Shown: one piece after another, positions 19,788-29,452 of the stretch | Layout: each line of letters begins with the position of its first letter | Position numbering within the stretch: position 1 is the stretch's first letter | Virus record (IMG/VR): IMGVR_UViG_3300009285_001197 | Location: 1,316-65,315 of that record | DNA: 64,000 bases | Strand: one strand, 5' to 3' | Source: a virus | Lineage: Duplodnaviria; Caudoviricetes | Made by a program: the position numbers and the translations under genes | The notes under the pieces: model-generated | The model's input: only the letters and a program-made list of their open reading frames with translations | What the model was told of the DNA's origin: nothing | The model's database searches: none

Positions 19788-20152
19788 GACAGGAACCTCA
19801 GTTTGTAAAGTGTGCTGTCAATAAGGCCTGTGACATTGTCCACCAGTGCAGCTAAGGAGGGATCACCGCAAGTGATGGCAGTACGGTTCTTGTCAACCCA
19901 CTCACCGAGGTCTTTCAGCAGAGGCACTGACTCTGTAGGAATCGTGAAACCGGGCTTGTAACCGGAGAGCAGGCCGTAGCCACCCTGATAGGCTTCTGCG
20001 TAGGTGTCTATCAGAGGGGTGATGCCGTCGTAGAAGTCGTTGAGTGCTTTGTGCTCGGCGTAGGAACGTGTTTTCAGATGCAGGATGTGCGCAGAGGTAC
20101 GTGCATGGAAGCAACGTAGTACGAACTCGGCAGCAGCAGCACGTTCAGCCAT
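19784..20152 (-). CDS. Ferritin/Dps-like DUF5856-type protein
   Basis: HILHLKTRSYAEHKALNDFYDGI..IDTYAEAYQG...YKLRFLS. Confidence 0.72.
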   Translation of the reverse strand: MAERAAAAEFVLRCFHARTSAHILHLKTRSYAEHKALNDFYDGITPLIDTYAEAYQGGYGLLSGYKPGFTIPTESVPLLKDLGEWVDKNRTAITCGDPSLAALVDNVTGLIDSTLYKLRFLS

Positions 20153-20212
20153 GGCACAACCTTGCGAAGGGAAATATGTGCGACTCTATCATAGAGTGTC
20201 AGAGTCTGCAAA

Positions 20213-22867
20213 CTACGCAGCCATGTGTCCACCACCACCACCACCACTGAGCGATGCGTTAAGTTTATCCTTCCAACTGGATAGCTCCTTAGCCTTGGCA
20301 AGCTGTGGGGCGCTCTTGCTGAGTGTGAGGCGTACACACCAGCTTGTAGCGTCCACCTGATCGTCGTGCTTGCCTGCAGGAAAACGCAGCAGCTCCTGTT
20401 CGTATGTCGGATACCAGGGCGCGTTCTTTGGGAAGTAGAGCTTGCCCAACTGCATCCGCCCTTTCAGTGGGTTCGCACGCACCATCTTGTCAGTGAAGGG
20501 TGTGAGTATTTCGTACGCAGGGTACACATGACGCTCCTGGCAGCGCTTTGTGAACTGTGAGGCGATAGCCTTCCATATCTGACCATCCTCGAAGCCGAGA
20601 AGCAGTGCACCCCACTGCAGGTAGTTGTCGATGATCGTCTCGACGATAGCGTTACCGTCATCAGAGCGGAAGCGCAGGATGTCAAGCAGGTACAGGTTGT
20701 CGTACTCGTCCTGCAGAATCGTGGCACATACCGTCCAGTCGTTCTGTTCACCTTCGGTAATGGCGAAGTCCCACGCCTGATAGATCGACCGGCCACGCCT
20801 GTCTGGATTATGCACGTAGTGAAGCATCATCTTCTTGGAGAAGTAGATACCTTCGTCGGGAATAGGGTTTTGCTGGTACAGGGCGTCCCACATACGCTTC
20901 AAACCTGCAGCAATGTAGTTGTACTTCTTCCTGAGCAGGGCCGCAGTGGAGTAACGGGCCGGGTGCAGGGCTGTGTTGTGCCTGCGGGTCATGCGAGCGC
21001 CTTCTGGGACAGGGGCTTCTGGAGGTATCTCGATAATCGTGTCATCGGTCAGGATGTACTCGTCGCCAACCTCGTTGATTGCCGGGTAGCGCACAATTTC
21101 AAAGACCTCGCCACCCATGTCTTCGTCGCCACCCTCGATAGTCTTCTTCATAGTCTGCTGAATACGTCCTGCCCAGTCATCTTCCGACCACCATGTATTG
21201 TGGCTAACCAAACCGTTGGCGATGAAGTTCTCGGTATCTTCAACCTGAACGTCGAACACTTCCTCGACGCCGTCAGGCTCGATACTGACTATCTCATCCA
21301 GCGTGAAGTCTGAGATAGTCAGCGGCGGCAAGTGCCACTGACTCATTAGCAAGATGTCCGATTCCTGCGTTGCAGTCGTTGCACAGCAGACCTCTGACTT
21401 TCCCTGTGTCGTGGCAGTGATCGACGGCCAGTTTATTCTTCCAATGAGCTGGTGAATTACCTTCCTCAGCAGGTTTGCGACAGATCGCACAACACCCACC
21501 TTGCGAGGAGTACATGTAGTCGTAGTCTGCAGAGGTGATTCCATATCTGTGCTTGAGGCGTGCGTTGCGCCGAGCAGCAATGTCTGTGTCGCTTCCTGCT
21601 CTGTGCCCGGAAGCCCACCGCTTCTTGGCATAGTGACTGTCGCAAAGTCCGCGACACTTGGCAGGTTTTTCACACCCTTCTGCAGAGCAGTTAACGCCTC
21701 TCCATTTACCCCATTGTCCTTCAAGGTTACGATTCGCTTCGCTGTAGTCAGGTGTTTTAAGCGTGTCCATGATAGCTCCCCATTAGGTGCGACAGTCAGG
21801 AACGGATGTCTCTGATTCGCTCTGACGATTTTACCAGAGTTCATCGTCATTTTGAATACAGAATCACGACCACTTTGTTTGACTGCCGCCACTCTCGTGC
21901 GTGCTAGAGTACCTCGGGCATACGTCGCTATACTATCAGACGGTTTCAGAGTGTCGATCCTGCGCTGTGTACCGTCAGCCATCAGGACAGGTGTGTCACC
22001 AGTCATGCACATTATACCCAGCACGCCGCCGCCGGGTGCCAAGCGGGAGTGCGCGGTGGAGATATACCACTCCCATGTCGCGTCGCGTTGCAACTGTGAG
22101 TCTGCAGCCTCGATGTCCTTCACCAGGTCGTCGAGGATCAGAATATGAGCACCCCGCCCGGTAATCGCAGACCCTACACCAGCCGCGAGGTAGCCGCCCC
22201 CTTCTGTAAGGTTCCAGTTCTCGGTAGATTGACTCGACGGGTCAAGGATACAGTCTGGAAACACAGCGTGGTAAGCCGGGTCTCGCAAGAGGTCGCGGAT
22301 ATAGCGTGAGAAGCTCAGTGACAGGCTTGTTGTATGGCTGGCGGCGATGATTTCCCAGTCTGGATGTTGCCCGAGTATCCATGGAGCGAAGTGCCTTGAC
22401 CCGATCTCACTCTTACCACCACGAGGCGGCATCATCAACAGCAAACGGGGCTCCTCACCGTTCTCCACTGCCTTCAGAAAGCGTTCAAGGCGACGGCAGA
22501 TGTCTTCATGAACCCAACCAGCGTCGTATTTCGGACGAAAGCGCTTGATGAAGGGTAGCAAGCGGCGTCGCGCAAGTGTGCGGAGGGCCAGTTCGGCCTG
22601 CGGGTTCGCTGTAGCAGCTGCTTTGTCGAATTTCGGTGGGGTGTAGGGTTCTGACGAGGCTTCTTCAGCTTGCTGGGTGGGTTTTTCAACAGAACTTCGT
22701 GGGTTTCTCCCTCTAGCGGGCTTCTCCACGGGTATTTCGACAGGCAACCGCCCTTCGTCGTGGCAAAACGAACACACACTACCTATGAAGGTGTCTGGAT
22801 CACGTACTGAGCTACAGGCCGGGCAGGTTTGGAAGTCAGTGCTCGACACGGCGACTCTCTCCCTCAA
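20213..22867 (-). CDS. terL: Terminase large subunit with intein
   Basis: Walker A MPPRGGKS, Walker B ILILDDLVKD, nuclease motifs AWDFA and FPAGKHDDQVDA; interrupted by a 271-aa intein. Confidence 0.93.
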   Translation of the reverse strand: MRERVAVSSTDFQTCPACSSVRDPDTFIGSVCSFCHDEGRLPVEIPVEKPARGRNPRSSVEKPTQQAEEASSEPYTPPKFDKAAATANPQAELALRTLARRRLLPFIKRFRPKYDAGWVHEDICRRLERFLKAVENGEEPRLLLMMPPRGGKSEIGSRHFAPWILGQHPDWEIIAASHTTSLSLSFSRYIRDLLRDPAYHAVFPDCILDPSSQSTENWNLTEGGGYLAAGVGSAITGRGAHILILDDLVKDIEAADSQLQRDATWEWYISTAHSRLAPGGGVLGIMCMTGDTPVLMADGTQRRIDTLKPSDSIATYARGTLARTRVAAVKQSGRDSVFKMTMNSGKIVRANQRHPFLTVAPNGELSWTRLKHLTTAKRIVTLKDNGVNGEALTALQKGVKNLPSVADFATVTMPRSGGLPGTEQEATQTLLLGATHASSTDMESPLQTTTTCTPRKVGVVRSVANLLRKVIHQLIGRINWPSITATTQGKSEVCCATTATQESDILLMSQWHLPPLTISDFTLDEIVSIEPDGVEEVFDVQVEDTENFIANGLVSHNTWWSEDDWAGRIQQTMKKTIEGGDEDMGGEVFEIVRYPAINEVGDEYILTDDTIIEIPPEAPVPEGARMTRRHNTALHPARYSTAALLRKKYNYIAAGLKRMWDALYQQNPIPDEGIYFSKKMMLHYVHNPDRRGRSIYQAWDFAITEGEQNDWTVCATILQDEYDNLYLLDILRFRSDDGNAIVETIIDNYLQWGALLLGFEDGQIWKAIASQFTKRCQERHVYPAYEILTPFTDKMVRANPLKGRMQLGKLYFPKNAPWYPTYEQELLRFPAGKHDDQVDATSWCVRLTLSKSAPQLAKAKELSSWKDKLNASLSGGGGGGHMAA
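21197..22009 (-). mobile_element. Intein (271 aa) in TerL
   Basis: Block A CMTGDTPVLMADG, block B ANQRHPFLT, blocks F/G EVFDVQVEDTENFIANGLVSHN, +1 Thr. Removal restores GGGVLGIM-TWWSEDD, the TerL motif III region. Confidence 0.93.
21294..21770 (-). CDS. Endonuclease VII-like (HNH) homing endonuclease in an alternate frame inside the intein
   Basis: LKHRYGIT..Y..MYSSQGGCCAIC...LAVDHCHDTGKVRGLLCNDCNAGIG is a complete EndoVII signature. N-terminal CSAEGC..CRGLCDSHY Zn motif; own RBS GGGGAG-ctatc-ATG. Confidence 0.9.
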   Translation of the reverse strand: MDTLKTPDYSEANRNLEGQWGKWRGVNCSAEGCEKPAKCRGLCDSHYAKKRWASGHRAGSDTDIAARRNARLKHRYGITSADYDYMYSSQGGCCAICRKPAEEGNSPAHWKNKLAVDHCHDTGKVRGLLCNDCNAGIGHLANESVALAAADYLRLHAG

Positions 22868-23270
22868 TGATTTCCAGCAATTCCTGATCAGACAGTTGCG
22901 AAAACTGCTGCTGTACGCGCTGCTGGTTGCCTGTGAGTTCGATGATCTTCTTCTCTGGTTCGTAGAAGCCTAAGACTTTTGATATTTCTCTCGCTCCGGC
23001 AATCATTGCTGTAGGGTCTGCCATGGTGCGTGCTATCTGGATGGCATCGAGCATGACTTCGATCATGTCGGCGCGTCTGACCTGGGTGGCGCTGCTGAGT
23101 TCTGAACGGGCAAAGTGAAGTGCATGAGCAACATCATCCGAGCGTTCAATCACAGCTGGTGGCGCTGCATACCCCGCAGCCTTGGCAGCTTTGCTTTTAG
23201 GTTCACCGTCGAGTACTGCTTCGACGTAAGCGTCCTGTTTCTCGGTGAGTTTGGATTTTTGTCTTGGCAT
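22836..23270 (-). CDS. terS: Terminase small subunit
   Basis: KLTEKQDAYVEAVL...AAKAAGY HTH-like motif; directly upstream of terL. Confidence 0.8.
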   Translation of the reverse strand: MPRQKSKLTEKQDAYVEAVLDGEPKSKAAKAAGYAAPPAVIERSDDVAHALHFARSELSSATQVRRADMIEVMLDAIQIARTMADPTAMIAGAREISKVLGFYEPEKKIIELTGNQQRVQQQFSQLSDQELLEIIEGESRRVEH

Positions 23271-23521
23271 ATCTGACAGAATCTATCAGATTGTTGTTAG
23301 ACTTTCAACTGTATGACAAAGGAATAGTGAAACCTTGTAGAAATTTTATAAAATTTTTGTGGCGGTGGTTGTGGGCCATCCCCTCCCCACCTGTCAAAAA
23401 CCCCCACCCACTTCGGTTTCGGTTTCTGATTCCACCCTTTTCGGATTGGGAACAGCACCCAATCCGAGTTACTTCTCATGTGTGTAGTTAGGTCTTTCAA
23501 TCATTCATCAAGGAGAACACC

Positions 23522-23716
23522 ATGAATATCAAACAACAACGTGCTGCGCTTGCCAAACTGGCCCCTCAAGCTACCAAGGCCACTAACGAAGATACTCTTC
23601 GTGACAAAGTAGTCAGCGGCATAGCTGCCACCCCCATCGCTGTCACTAGCTTCTTTGGTGACATTGCTAAATCGTATCAGTTCCACAAGGCTGTCCGGCA
23701 AGGACAGATCAAATAA
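23522..23716 (+). CDS. Hypothetical early protein
   Basis: AAGGAG RBS; first gene of the divergent plus-strand arm. Confidence 0.6.
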   Translation: MNIKQQRAALAKLAPQATKATNEDTLRDKVVSGIAATPIAVTSFFGDIAKSYQFHKAVRQGQIK

Positions 23717-23718
23717 GC

Positions 23719-23745
23719 ACGGAGGGCGCAAGCCCTCTGTCTTTC
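23719..23745 (+). terminator. Probable rho-independent terminator
   Basis: ACGGAGGGC-GCAA-GCCCTCTGT followed by CTTTC. Confidence 0.55.
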
Positions 23746-23776
23746 ATTTACGCAATACCACGTAAGGGGCTACATC

Positions 23777-24013
23777 ATGGCTGCATTACTCGGTCACATT
23801 GACATCTTGCCCTTCTTGTATCTTCTAGCCATGGCCTTTGCCTTCTGGCATGCCATGAGCCTGCTCATACACGGACGCATCGTTGTCTTCATCGTAGAGA
23901 TGATTCTTCTCTACATCGCGTTCGCCATGCATGGCGGACATGTCTCGACTGGCATCGCGGTCATGCTGATGCCGGTCATCGTTACCTCACTGCTGTTCAG
24001 GAGGCACTCATGA
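23777..24013 (+). CDS. Small membrane protein
   Basis: 78 aa with three hydrophobic segments; AAGGGG RBS. Confidence 0.55.
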   Translation: MAALLGHIDILPFLYLLAMAFAFWHAMSLLIHGRIVVFIVEMILLYIAFAMHGGHVSTGIAVMLMPVIVTSLLFRRHS

Positions 24014-24259
24014 ACTTTTACTTTCATCCTGATTTACTCAGGAAAGCCTTTGGAAGAGTCGTTCTTATCGACCCTTATGACAACACCCACGTTACCTTAA
24101 GTTTATTTAACTATCTGCTTGGGTGCCTGCTCAATTTATATCCACGGAGGAACACATGAACCTCATGTCCTTCACCTCGTTCGCTGATGCGCACGATTTT
24201 GTAAAACGCTGTCCCCACCGCTGCTGGGTGTGGGACCTGGATGAAATCATTCTCGTGGA

Positions 24260-24442
24260 GTGGAGATCATGAGACTGCTAACTAACGCATCTGACCTTAG
24301 TTCCGATGCAGAAGTAGCTGACTGGCTCTTTGAGTCAGCTAGCTACGATCTGCAATTAGACCCACTGGAGATTCTGCTTCAGCGGGAAGTAGAAGACGAA
24401 GCTGACGACATCGTCTGGTTCGCCCATCAGTATCACAATTAA
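24260..24442 (+). CDS. Small acidic hypothetical protein
   Basis: 60-aa ORF, strongly acidic. Confidence 0.4.
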   Translation: MEIMRLLTNASDLSSDAEVADWLFESASYDLQLDPLEILLQREVEDEADDIVWFAHQYHN

Positions 24443-24464
24443 CTTGACAAACTGGAGAACTACC

Positions 24465-25433
24465 ATGAACAAACACGACATCCTTAACACCCTGTCCACC
24501 GTTGACCTCTATACCCAGCTCTCCTGCTTGGGCAGCATGCAGTATGTATGCACAGCAGAGGCCATAAACAGGGCCATCAAGCTCATGCCGGGTACGGCTG
24601 AAGGGGTAGATGCCTTCCTCAACGAGGAACGCAACCTGAAGCTGGATATTGAGTACGCTGATAACCACCTTGGCGATGGCACAACACGTGGTGAACGTGT
24701 TGAATTGGAATCCACGCACGACGTAGAAACCACACCAGGTACATATTACGAGCAACGCCGCGAACTCATGGCCCTACTTGATTTGCGCCAGACCTTTCTC
24801 GATCTCAGCGAAGAACTCTCTGCTGGACTCGAACAACAACCTGGCCAAGAACGTACGCTCTTCAACACCATGGAGTTCATGATGAGCAACCACAAGGTTG
24901 AACCCATCAAGTACGCACGTCAGTACATCATGAACAAGCGACTTGGCATCAAGAACTACGGCCAGACACAGGCGCAGTATGTGGATCAGGAAACTAAACG
25001 CGCAATGGAGCAGCACGCCCAGTTCGCAGCCAAAGGTGAGATTGCAGTCCAATACCTTGAAGGACTCGATACACGTGAAGGCCCGCTTCCTGAACGCATC
25101 ATGGAGACACTAGCCAAACGCTGCATTGGTAAGCTCATTGCACGTCGCATCAAAATTGGCCAATCACTTTCATGGCGTACTGATCCAGAACAACGTGACA
25201 CAGCAGAAGCCGACATACTCTTCATCGAGGAAGCCATCATTGCACTCGGCGGTGAGATACCTGCTGAAGCAATCGTTCCGGATGAATTGCCTGTCGAACA
25301 AGTTACTGCGTCTACACCTGATACAGACTTCACAGCATTCATGCAATGGAAGGAAGAACAAGCATTGAAAGTCCCTGGTAAACCTTACGCACAATCATCG
25401 CGTGAACCTGGTCCAGTAACAACAACCCACTAA
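24465..25433 (+). CDS. Hypothetical protein
   Basis: GGAG RBS before MNKHDIL; ~322 aa, helical. Confidence 0.7.
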   Translation: MNKHDILNTLSTVDLYTQLSCLGSMQYVCTAEAINRAIKLMPGTAEGVDAFLNEERNLKLDIEYADNHLGDGTTRGERVELESTHDVETTPGTYYEQRRELMALLDLRQTFLDLSEELSAGLEQQPGQERTLFNTMEFMMSNHKVEPIKYARQYIMNKRLGIKNYGQTQAQYVDQETKRAMEQHAQFAAKGEIAVQYLEGLDTREGPLPERIMETLAKRCIGKLIARRIKIGQSLSWRTDPEQRDTAEADILFIEEAIIALGGEIPAEAIVPDELPVEQVTASTPDTDFTAFMQWKEEQALKVPGKPYAQSSREPGPVTTTH

Positions 25434-25435
25434 CA

Positions 25436-25475
25436 ACATGTACCACTCGAAATGAGTGGTACATGTCCATTTTTT
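25436..25475 (+). terminator. Rho-independent terminator
   Basis: ACATGTACCACTC-GAAAT-GAGTGGTACATGT, a 13-bp stem followed by a T-run. Confidence 0.7.
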
Positions 25476-25479
25476 AGTA

Positions 25480-25870
25480 AACCACTATGGGGCTAAAATA
25501 ACATTTGACAAATTCAATAAACACTGAAAAACATGAGCGGTTCCAAACGTTCCGAAATTTTCAACTTCAGATAGAGATATATTTATAAACTACTCTCTTA
25601 TTTTATTTTCTCTATCTGAATATCTCTCTTTAACATTAGAACTTTAGAACTATATAAATAAAACAATAACTTAACAATTCCAAAACAGTTCCATTATTCC
25701 ATTCTTTTTACTCAAATTCAGTTGACTATTTTACTCAACCTTATATCCCAGTAAAACAGTCTGCTTATAATTTAAGCAAATCACCAAAAGTTCCAAATTT
25801 TAACCTCATAACTATTACAACTTGGAACCGCTCTTTTTGCCTATTTTTTAAGCAGACTAAATAACTCAGT
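25480..25870. other. AT-rich non-coding region, candidate replication origin
   Basis: Very AT-rich, with repeated (G)TTCCA units and two perfect 12-bp inverted repeats; directly upstream of the primase-helicase. Confidence 0.55.
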
Positions 25871-25926
25871 TGCACGCTCTGACGGTTTATGTCAGACTCA
25901 TTTCCCATTCTGATGGACCCCTAACT

Positions 25927-28245
25927 ATGAAACTCTCATTCCTCTTTGCAGATATACCACTCAGTAAAACCATCTTCAAAGTTGATGGGAAGATTGACAA
26001 AAAAGCCTACCCCAATGTAAAGCTATTCACATCTGAAACAGTAATAATTTCAGATGCAGCAAGCCTCTTTGATACCATCAAAGCCCATGCTGAAGACCCA
26101 CGTGGACCATGCCTACTTTCTGGACCACTCAACCGAATCCTTAATAATGAATCTCGTGCTGGCAGCACAACCAGTCTAGGGCAACGTCAACTCATAATCC
26201 TCGACCTGGATAAAGCACAATTCAATTCTCCTGAAGAATTCATGCGCAATGCAGGATTAGAAGATGTCTCTTACACTGTTCAATACAGTGCAAGCCAAGG
26301 GCTCAGCAAAACCCTTAACTGCCACATCTTCATACTGCTCGAAAAAGCTATCCCTGCACCCCAGCTCAAAACATGGTTAATGTGGCTCAATCTTCGCAAT
26401 GATGCACTTAAAAATACACTCACATTATCTAATGCAGGCCACGCCTTGCACTATTCGGTAGACATTACTGTCTGTCAAAATGACAAACTAATCTATATCG
26501 CCACACCAAAATTCGATGGGATAAAAGACCCATGGAAAGAACCTCGCATTCAATTTGTCAAACGCACCCTAGACAAATTACCAAATAACAGACTTGCTGA
26601 ATGTGCTCTCGATGCACTCAAAGTTGATGCAAAGAAAATTCGCGACACCTTACGCAAAGCACAAGGTCTTGCCCCCATCACCTCCAAAGAAGTAATGCAA
26701 GGAGAATATCTTGTCCAAAAAGGTTCAGGACAAGTCACTATCACAGGTATGCGTGATAATGAAGATTTTCGTTATTTCAACTTGAATGGAGGAGATTCAT
26801 GGGGCTATTTTCACCCCATTAACAACTTTGAACTTCTGCACAATTTTAAAGGCGAACCTTTCCTCCTTATCAAAGAGGTCATGCCTGACTATTACACAGA
26901 ACAAATACACTTGCGTGATGAACAACACAGCACACCCCATGATCAACGTGACACCATTATGGTATTCATCAATAAACACACTGCTGAATACAAGAAACTC
27001 AAATACATCAACGGCCAGCTGGAAATCACCCCAGCCAAAAACGAAGCACAACTTACACATTTCATGCTTGAAAATCGCCTTTCAATGCCAAGATTCATAC
27101 AAGAATGGGATATGAAATTCAATCCACACAGCGAACAAATCATCAACCCCGAAGAACGTAGTATCAATACCTTCAAACCTTCCATGTACATGAACCCTGT
27201 TAACCAGGTCAAAGGTACATTCCCCAACATCAAACTTTTCTTTGAAAGTGCTGTAGGAACAGGTGATATTTACGACTATGTAATGAACTGGCTCGCGGTC
27301 ATCTTTCAACACAAAATCAAAACTCAAACTAGCCAAGTCTGGCAAGGCGTACAAGGAACAGGTAAGGGAAAAATTGTAGAACTCATTCTCAAACCTCTAT
27401 TTGGTTACCAGAATGTAACCAGTATCCTGGCCTCAGCATTGGATGAAGACTTCAATGCCATTATGGAAAATGCTCTCATTGTCTTCATTGATGAAATCGA
27501 AGCTGACATGTTCTCTAACACCAGCAAATTCGAAAGCAAGCTCAGGAAATGGATCACCGAACCTACTATAGACATTCGCCGCATGCGTACAGATGTCTAT
27601 TCAGTGCCTAGCTATATCAACCTGATTTTCGCATCAAACAAACCACGTCCCGTAGACATTCCACCTACAGACAGACGTACTAATGTAGGACAATTTCAAC
27701 GCAAACGCTTCCTACCCACAGATGCCCAGCACGATGGTGTCAAAGACGAACTCGCCGCCTTTGCATACTATCTACAACACCACACAGCAGATATTGCCTA
27801 CGCACGTAGCATCCTAGACACAGAAGATCGTCGTGAAATTCAACGTATCAGCATCAACAGCCTGGACGAACTCGCCCATGGTTTACTAGAAGGCAACTTC
27901 GAAATCATTGCCAGTGCTATGCCGGACGAACGACTCATGAACGAATCAGGTGTAATAACACCAATAGCCAGCAGCTTTATCAACATCGTGAAACGCTGCT
28001 CATTGGAAACAAAAAGCAAGCTTACTCGTGATGAACTAGCTGTAATCTTCGAACACTGCATTGGACATGTGCCTGAGGGTAAGAACAAATTTACCAGTTA
28101 TCTGAGACACCACGGGATAAACACCAAACGAATTAGTATCAATGGGGATAAAACCTATGGTATAGAAATAACCTGGAAAAAACATGACTTCAGTTATACC
28201 AAACAGCCATTAAGGGCTGTGAAAGGAACTAAAAATGCCGGATGA
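25927..28245 (+). CDS. Primase-helicase (C-terminal SF3/DUF5906-like helicase)
   Basis: Walker A QGVQGTGKG, Walker B VFIDE, LIFASNK and TDRR motifs; N-terminal LDLD..HIFI primase-like motifs. Confidence 0.8.
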   Translation: MKLSFLFADIPLSKTIFKVDGKIDKKAYPNVKLFTSETVIISDAASLFDTIKAHAEDPRGPCLLSGPLNRILNNESRAGSTTSLGQRQLIILDLDKAQFNSPEEFMRNAGLEDVSYTVQYSASQGLSKTLNCHIFILLEKAIPAPQLKTWLMWLNLRNDALKNTLTLSNAGHALHYSVDITVCQNDKLIYIATPKFDGIKDPWKEPRIQFVKRTLDKLPNNRLAECALDALKVDAKKIRDTLRKAQGLAPITSKEVMQGEYLVQKGSGQVTITGMRDNEDFRYFNLNGGDSWGYFHPINNFELLHNFKGEPFLLIKEVMPDYYTEQIHLRDEQHSTPHDQRDTIMVFINKHTAEYKKLKYINGQLEITPAKNEAQLTHFMLENRLSMPRFIQEWDMKFNPHSEQIINPEERSINTFKPSMYMNPVNQVKGTFPNIKLFFESAVGTGDIYDYVMNWLAVIFQHKIKTQTSQVWQGVQGTGKGKIVELILKPLFGYQNVTSILASALDEDFNAIMENALIVFIDEIEADMFSNTSKFESKLRKWITEPTIDIRRMRTDVYSVPSYINLIFASNKPRPVDIPPTDRRTNVGQFQRKRFLPTDAQHDGVKDELAAFAYYLQHHTADIAYARSILDTEDRREIQRISINSLDELAHGLLEGNFEIIASAMPDERLMNESGVITPIASSFINIVKRCSLETKSKLTRDELAVIFEHCIGHVPEGKNKFTSYLRHHGINTKRISINGDKTYGIEITWKKHDFSYTKQPLRAVKGTKNAG

Positions 28246-28429
28246 ATTTGACCTCAGCCAGGAACAACAAGCTGAAATGCTCACTTATCATATTGCTGAA
28301 CAAATACGCATTTACCCACCCAAACCAATCATCAACTGTTCTGACAACTGTGGGCCAAATATCCCCCATGGAAAAGAATGTACCTACTACAAGGATTGCC
28401 TGGAAGACTGGCAACTAAGGAATAAGTAA
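28235..28429 (+). CDS. Small Cys-rich protein (DksA/TraR-like, weak)
   Basis: MPDEFDLSQEQQ...CSDNC...CTYYKDCLEDW. Confidence 0.45.
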   Translation: MPDEFDLSQEQQAEMLTYHIAEQIRIYPPKPIINCSDNCGPNIPHGKECTYYKDCLEDWQLRNK

Positions 28430-28761
28430 TGAAAACATCAGAACTGATTGGCACCCAACTGGATTGGGCGGTGGCGAAATGTGAGGGGTGGAGTGCGGAA
28501 GGGTTGACGGATATTGCGAACGGCAACGTATTCCCCGAGCATGCTTTTTCATCCAACTGGGCACAAGGTGGGCCGATTATTGAGCGTGAAAGTATAAGCG
28601 TACTTGACGCTAATGGGTGCTGGGCTGCCAGATATTCATACTATGATAACTCACAGGTTAGCCGAGACTATTTTGGCCCAACACCACTAATTGCAGCCAT
28701 GCGCTGCTATGTTGCCAGCAAGCTGGGTGATGAAGTTGACGTACCGGAGGAACTCCTATGA
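28429..28761 (+). CDS. NinX/DUF2591-like protein
   Basis: KTSELIGTQLDWAVAKCEG...SSNWAQGGPIIERE...GPTPLIAAMRCYVASKLGDEV. Confidence 0.8.
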   Translation: MKTSELIGTQLDWAVAKCEGWSAEGLTDIANGNVFPEHAFSSNWAQGGPIIERESISVLDANGCWAARYSYYDNSQVSRDYFGPTPLIAAMRCYVASKLGDEVDVPEELL

Positions 28762-29450
28762 TCTCTTCAGCCAGCTACTCACGCTTACTAGACTTTGAAT
28801 CCTGTAAATTCAAGGCATTTCTCAAACACTACAAACGTATCCCTGACCCTCGCCCAAGCCCAGCTGCAGATCGTGGCACAGCAGTCCACCAAGCCTGCGA
28901 AGACTGGATGCGCGATCTACCCAATCAACCCAAACAGCCTATTGAAGCTGCCAAACACTTCAAAGCTGAGCTTAACTCTCTGAAGGAATCTTTCATAGCA
29001 GGTAAAGCTTCATTAGAAGGTGAGTGGGCATTTAACCATGACTGGAAACCCACTGAGTGGAAAACCGGCTGGTTCCGTCTTAAAGCAGATGCTGTAGTCC
29101 ACCCAAAACCTACAGAAGCCGTAGTCATCGACTACAAAACTGGCAAGCGCTTCGGTAACGAACTAAAACACGGTGAACAACTCCAGCTCTACACCTTAGC
29201 TGTCTTTCTACGTGAGCCTGAAATCAAACATGTTGTAGCTGAGCTCTGGTACTTTGACCAAGATGACTTAGCTCGTCTCGAGATCAGCCGCAAAGAAGGT
29301 TTACGTTACTTACGCCTGTTTGATAACCGTGCACGCAAAATGACCGAAGCTACAAGCTTCCCTCCAAACCCCAATGGCTTCAGTTGCAAATGGTGCCCAT
29401 ACAAACCTGAAGAACTAGGTGGCACAGGACATTGCACTAAAGGAGTCTGA
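28758..29450 (+). CDS. PD-(D/E)XK Cas4/RecB-like exonuclease
   Basis: SYSRL..FESC, RGTAVH, KADAV, VIDYKTGK, QLQLY, CKWCPY. Confidence 0.85.
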   Translation: MISSASYSRLLDFESCKFKAFLKHYKRIPDPRPSPAADRGTAVHQACEDWMRDLPNQPKQPIEAAKHFKAELNSLKESFIAGKASLEGEWAFNHDWKPTEWKTGWFRLKADAVVHPKPTEAVVIDYKTGKRFGNELKHGEQLQLYTLAVFLREPEIKHVVAELWYFDQDDLARLEISRKEGLRYLRLFDNRARKMTEATSFPPNPNGFSCKWCPYKPEELGGTGHCTKGV

Positions 29451-29452
29451 GC

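Noticed and set aside
20229-20246. (CCA)n microsatellite
   Set aside because: It simply encodes the poly-Gly tail of TerL.
28758-29450. Cas4-like gene as part of a CRISPR-Cas system
   Set aside because: No other cas genes or array; stand-alone PD-(D/E)XK exonucleases are routine in phage replication modules.
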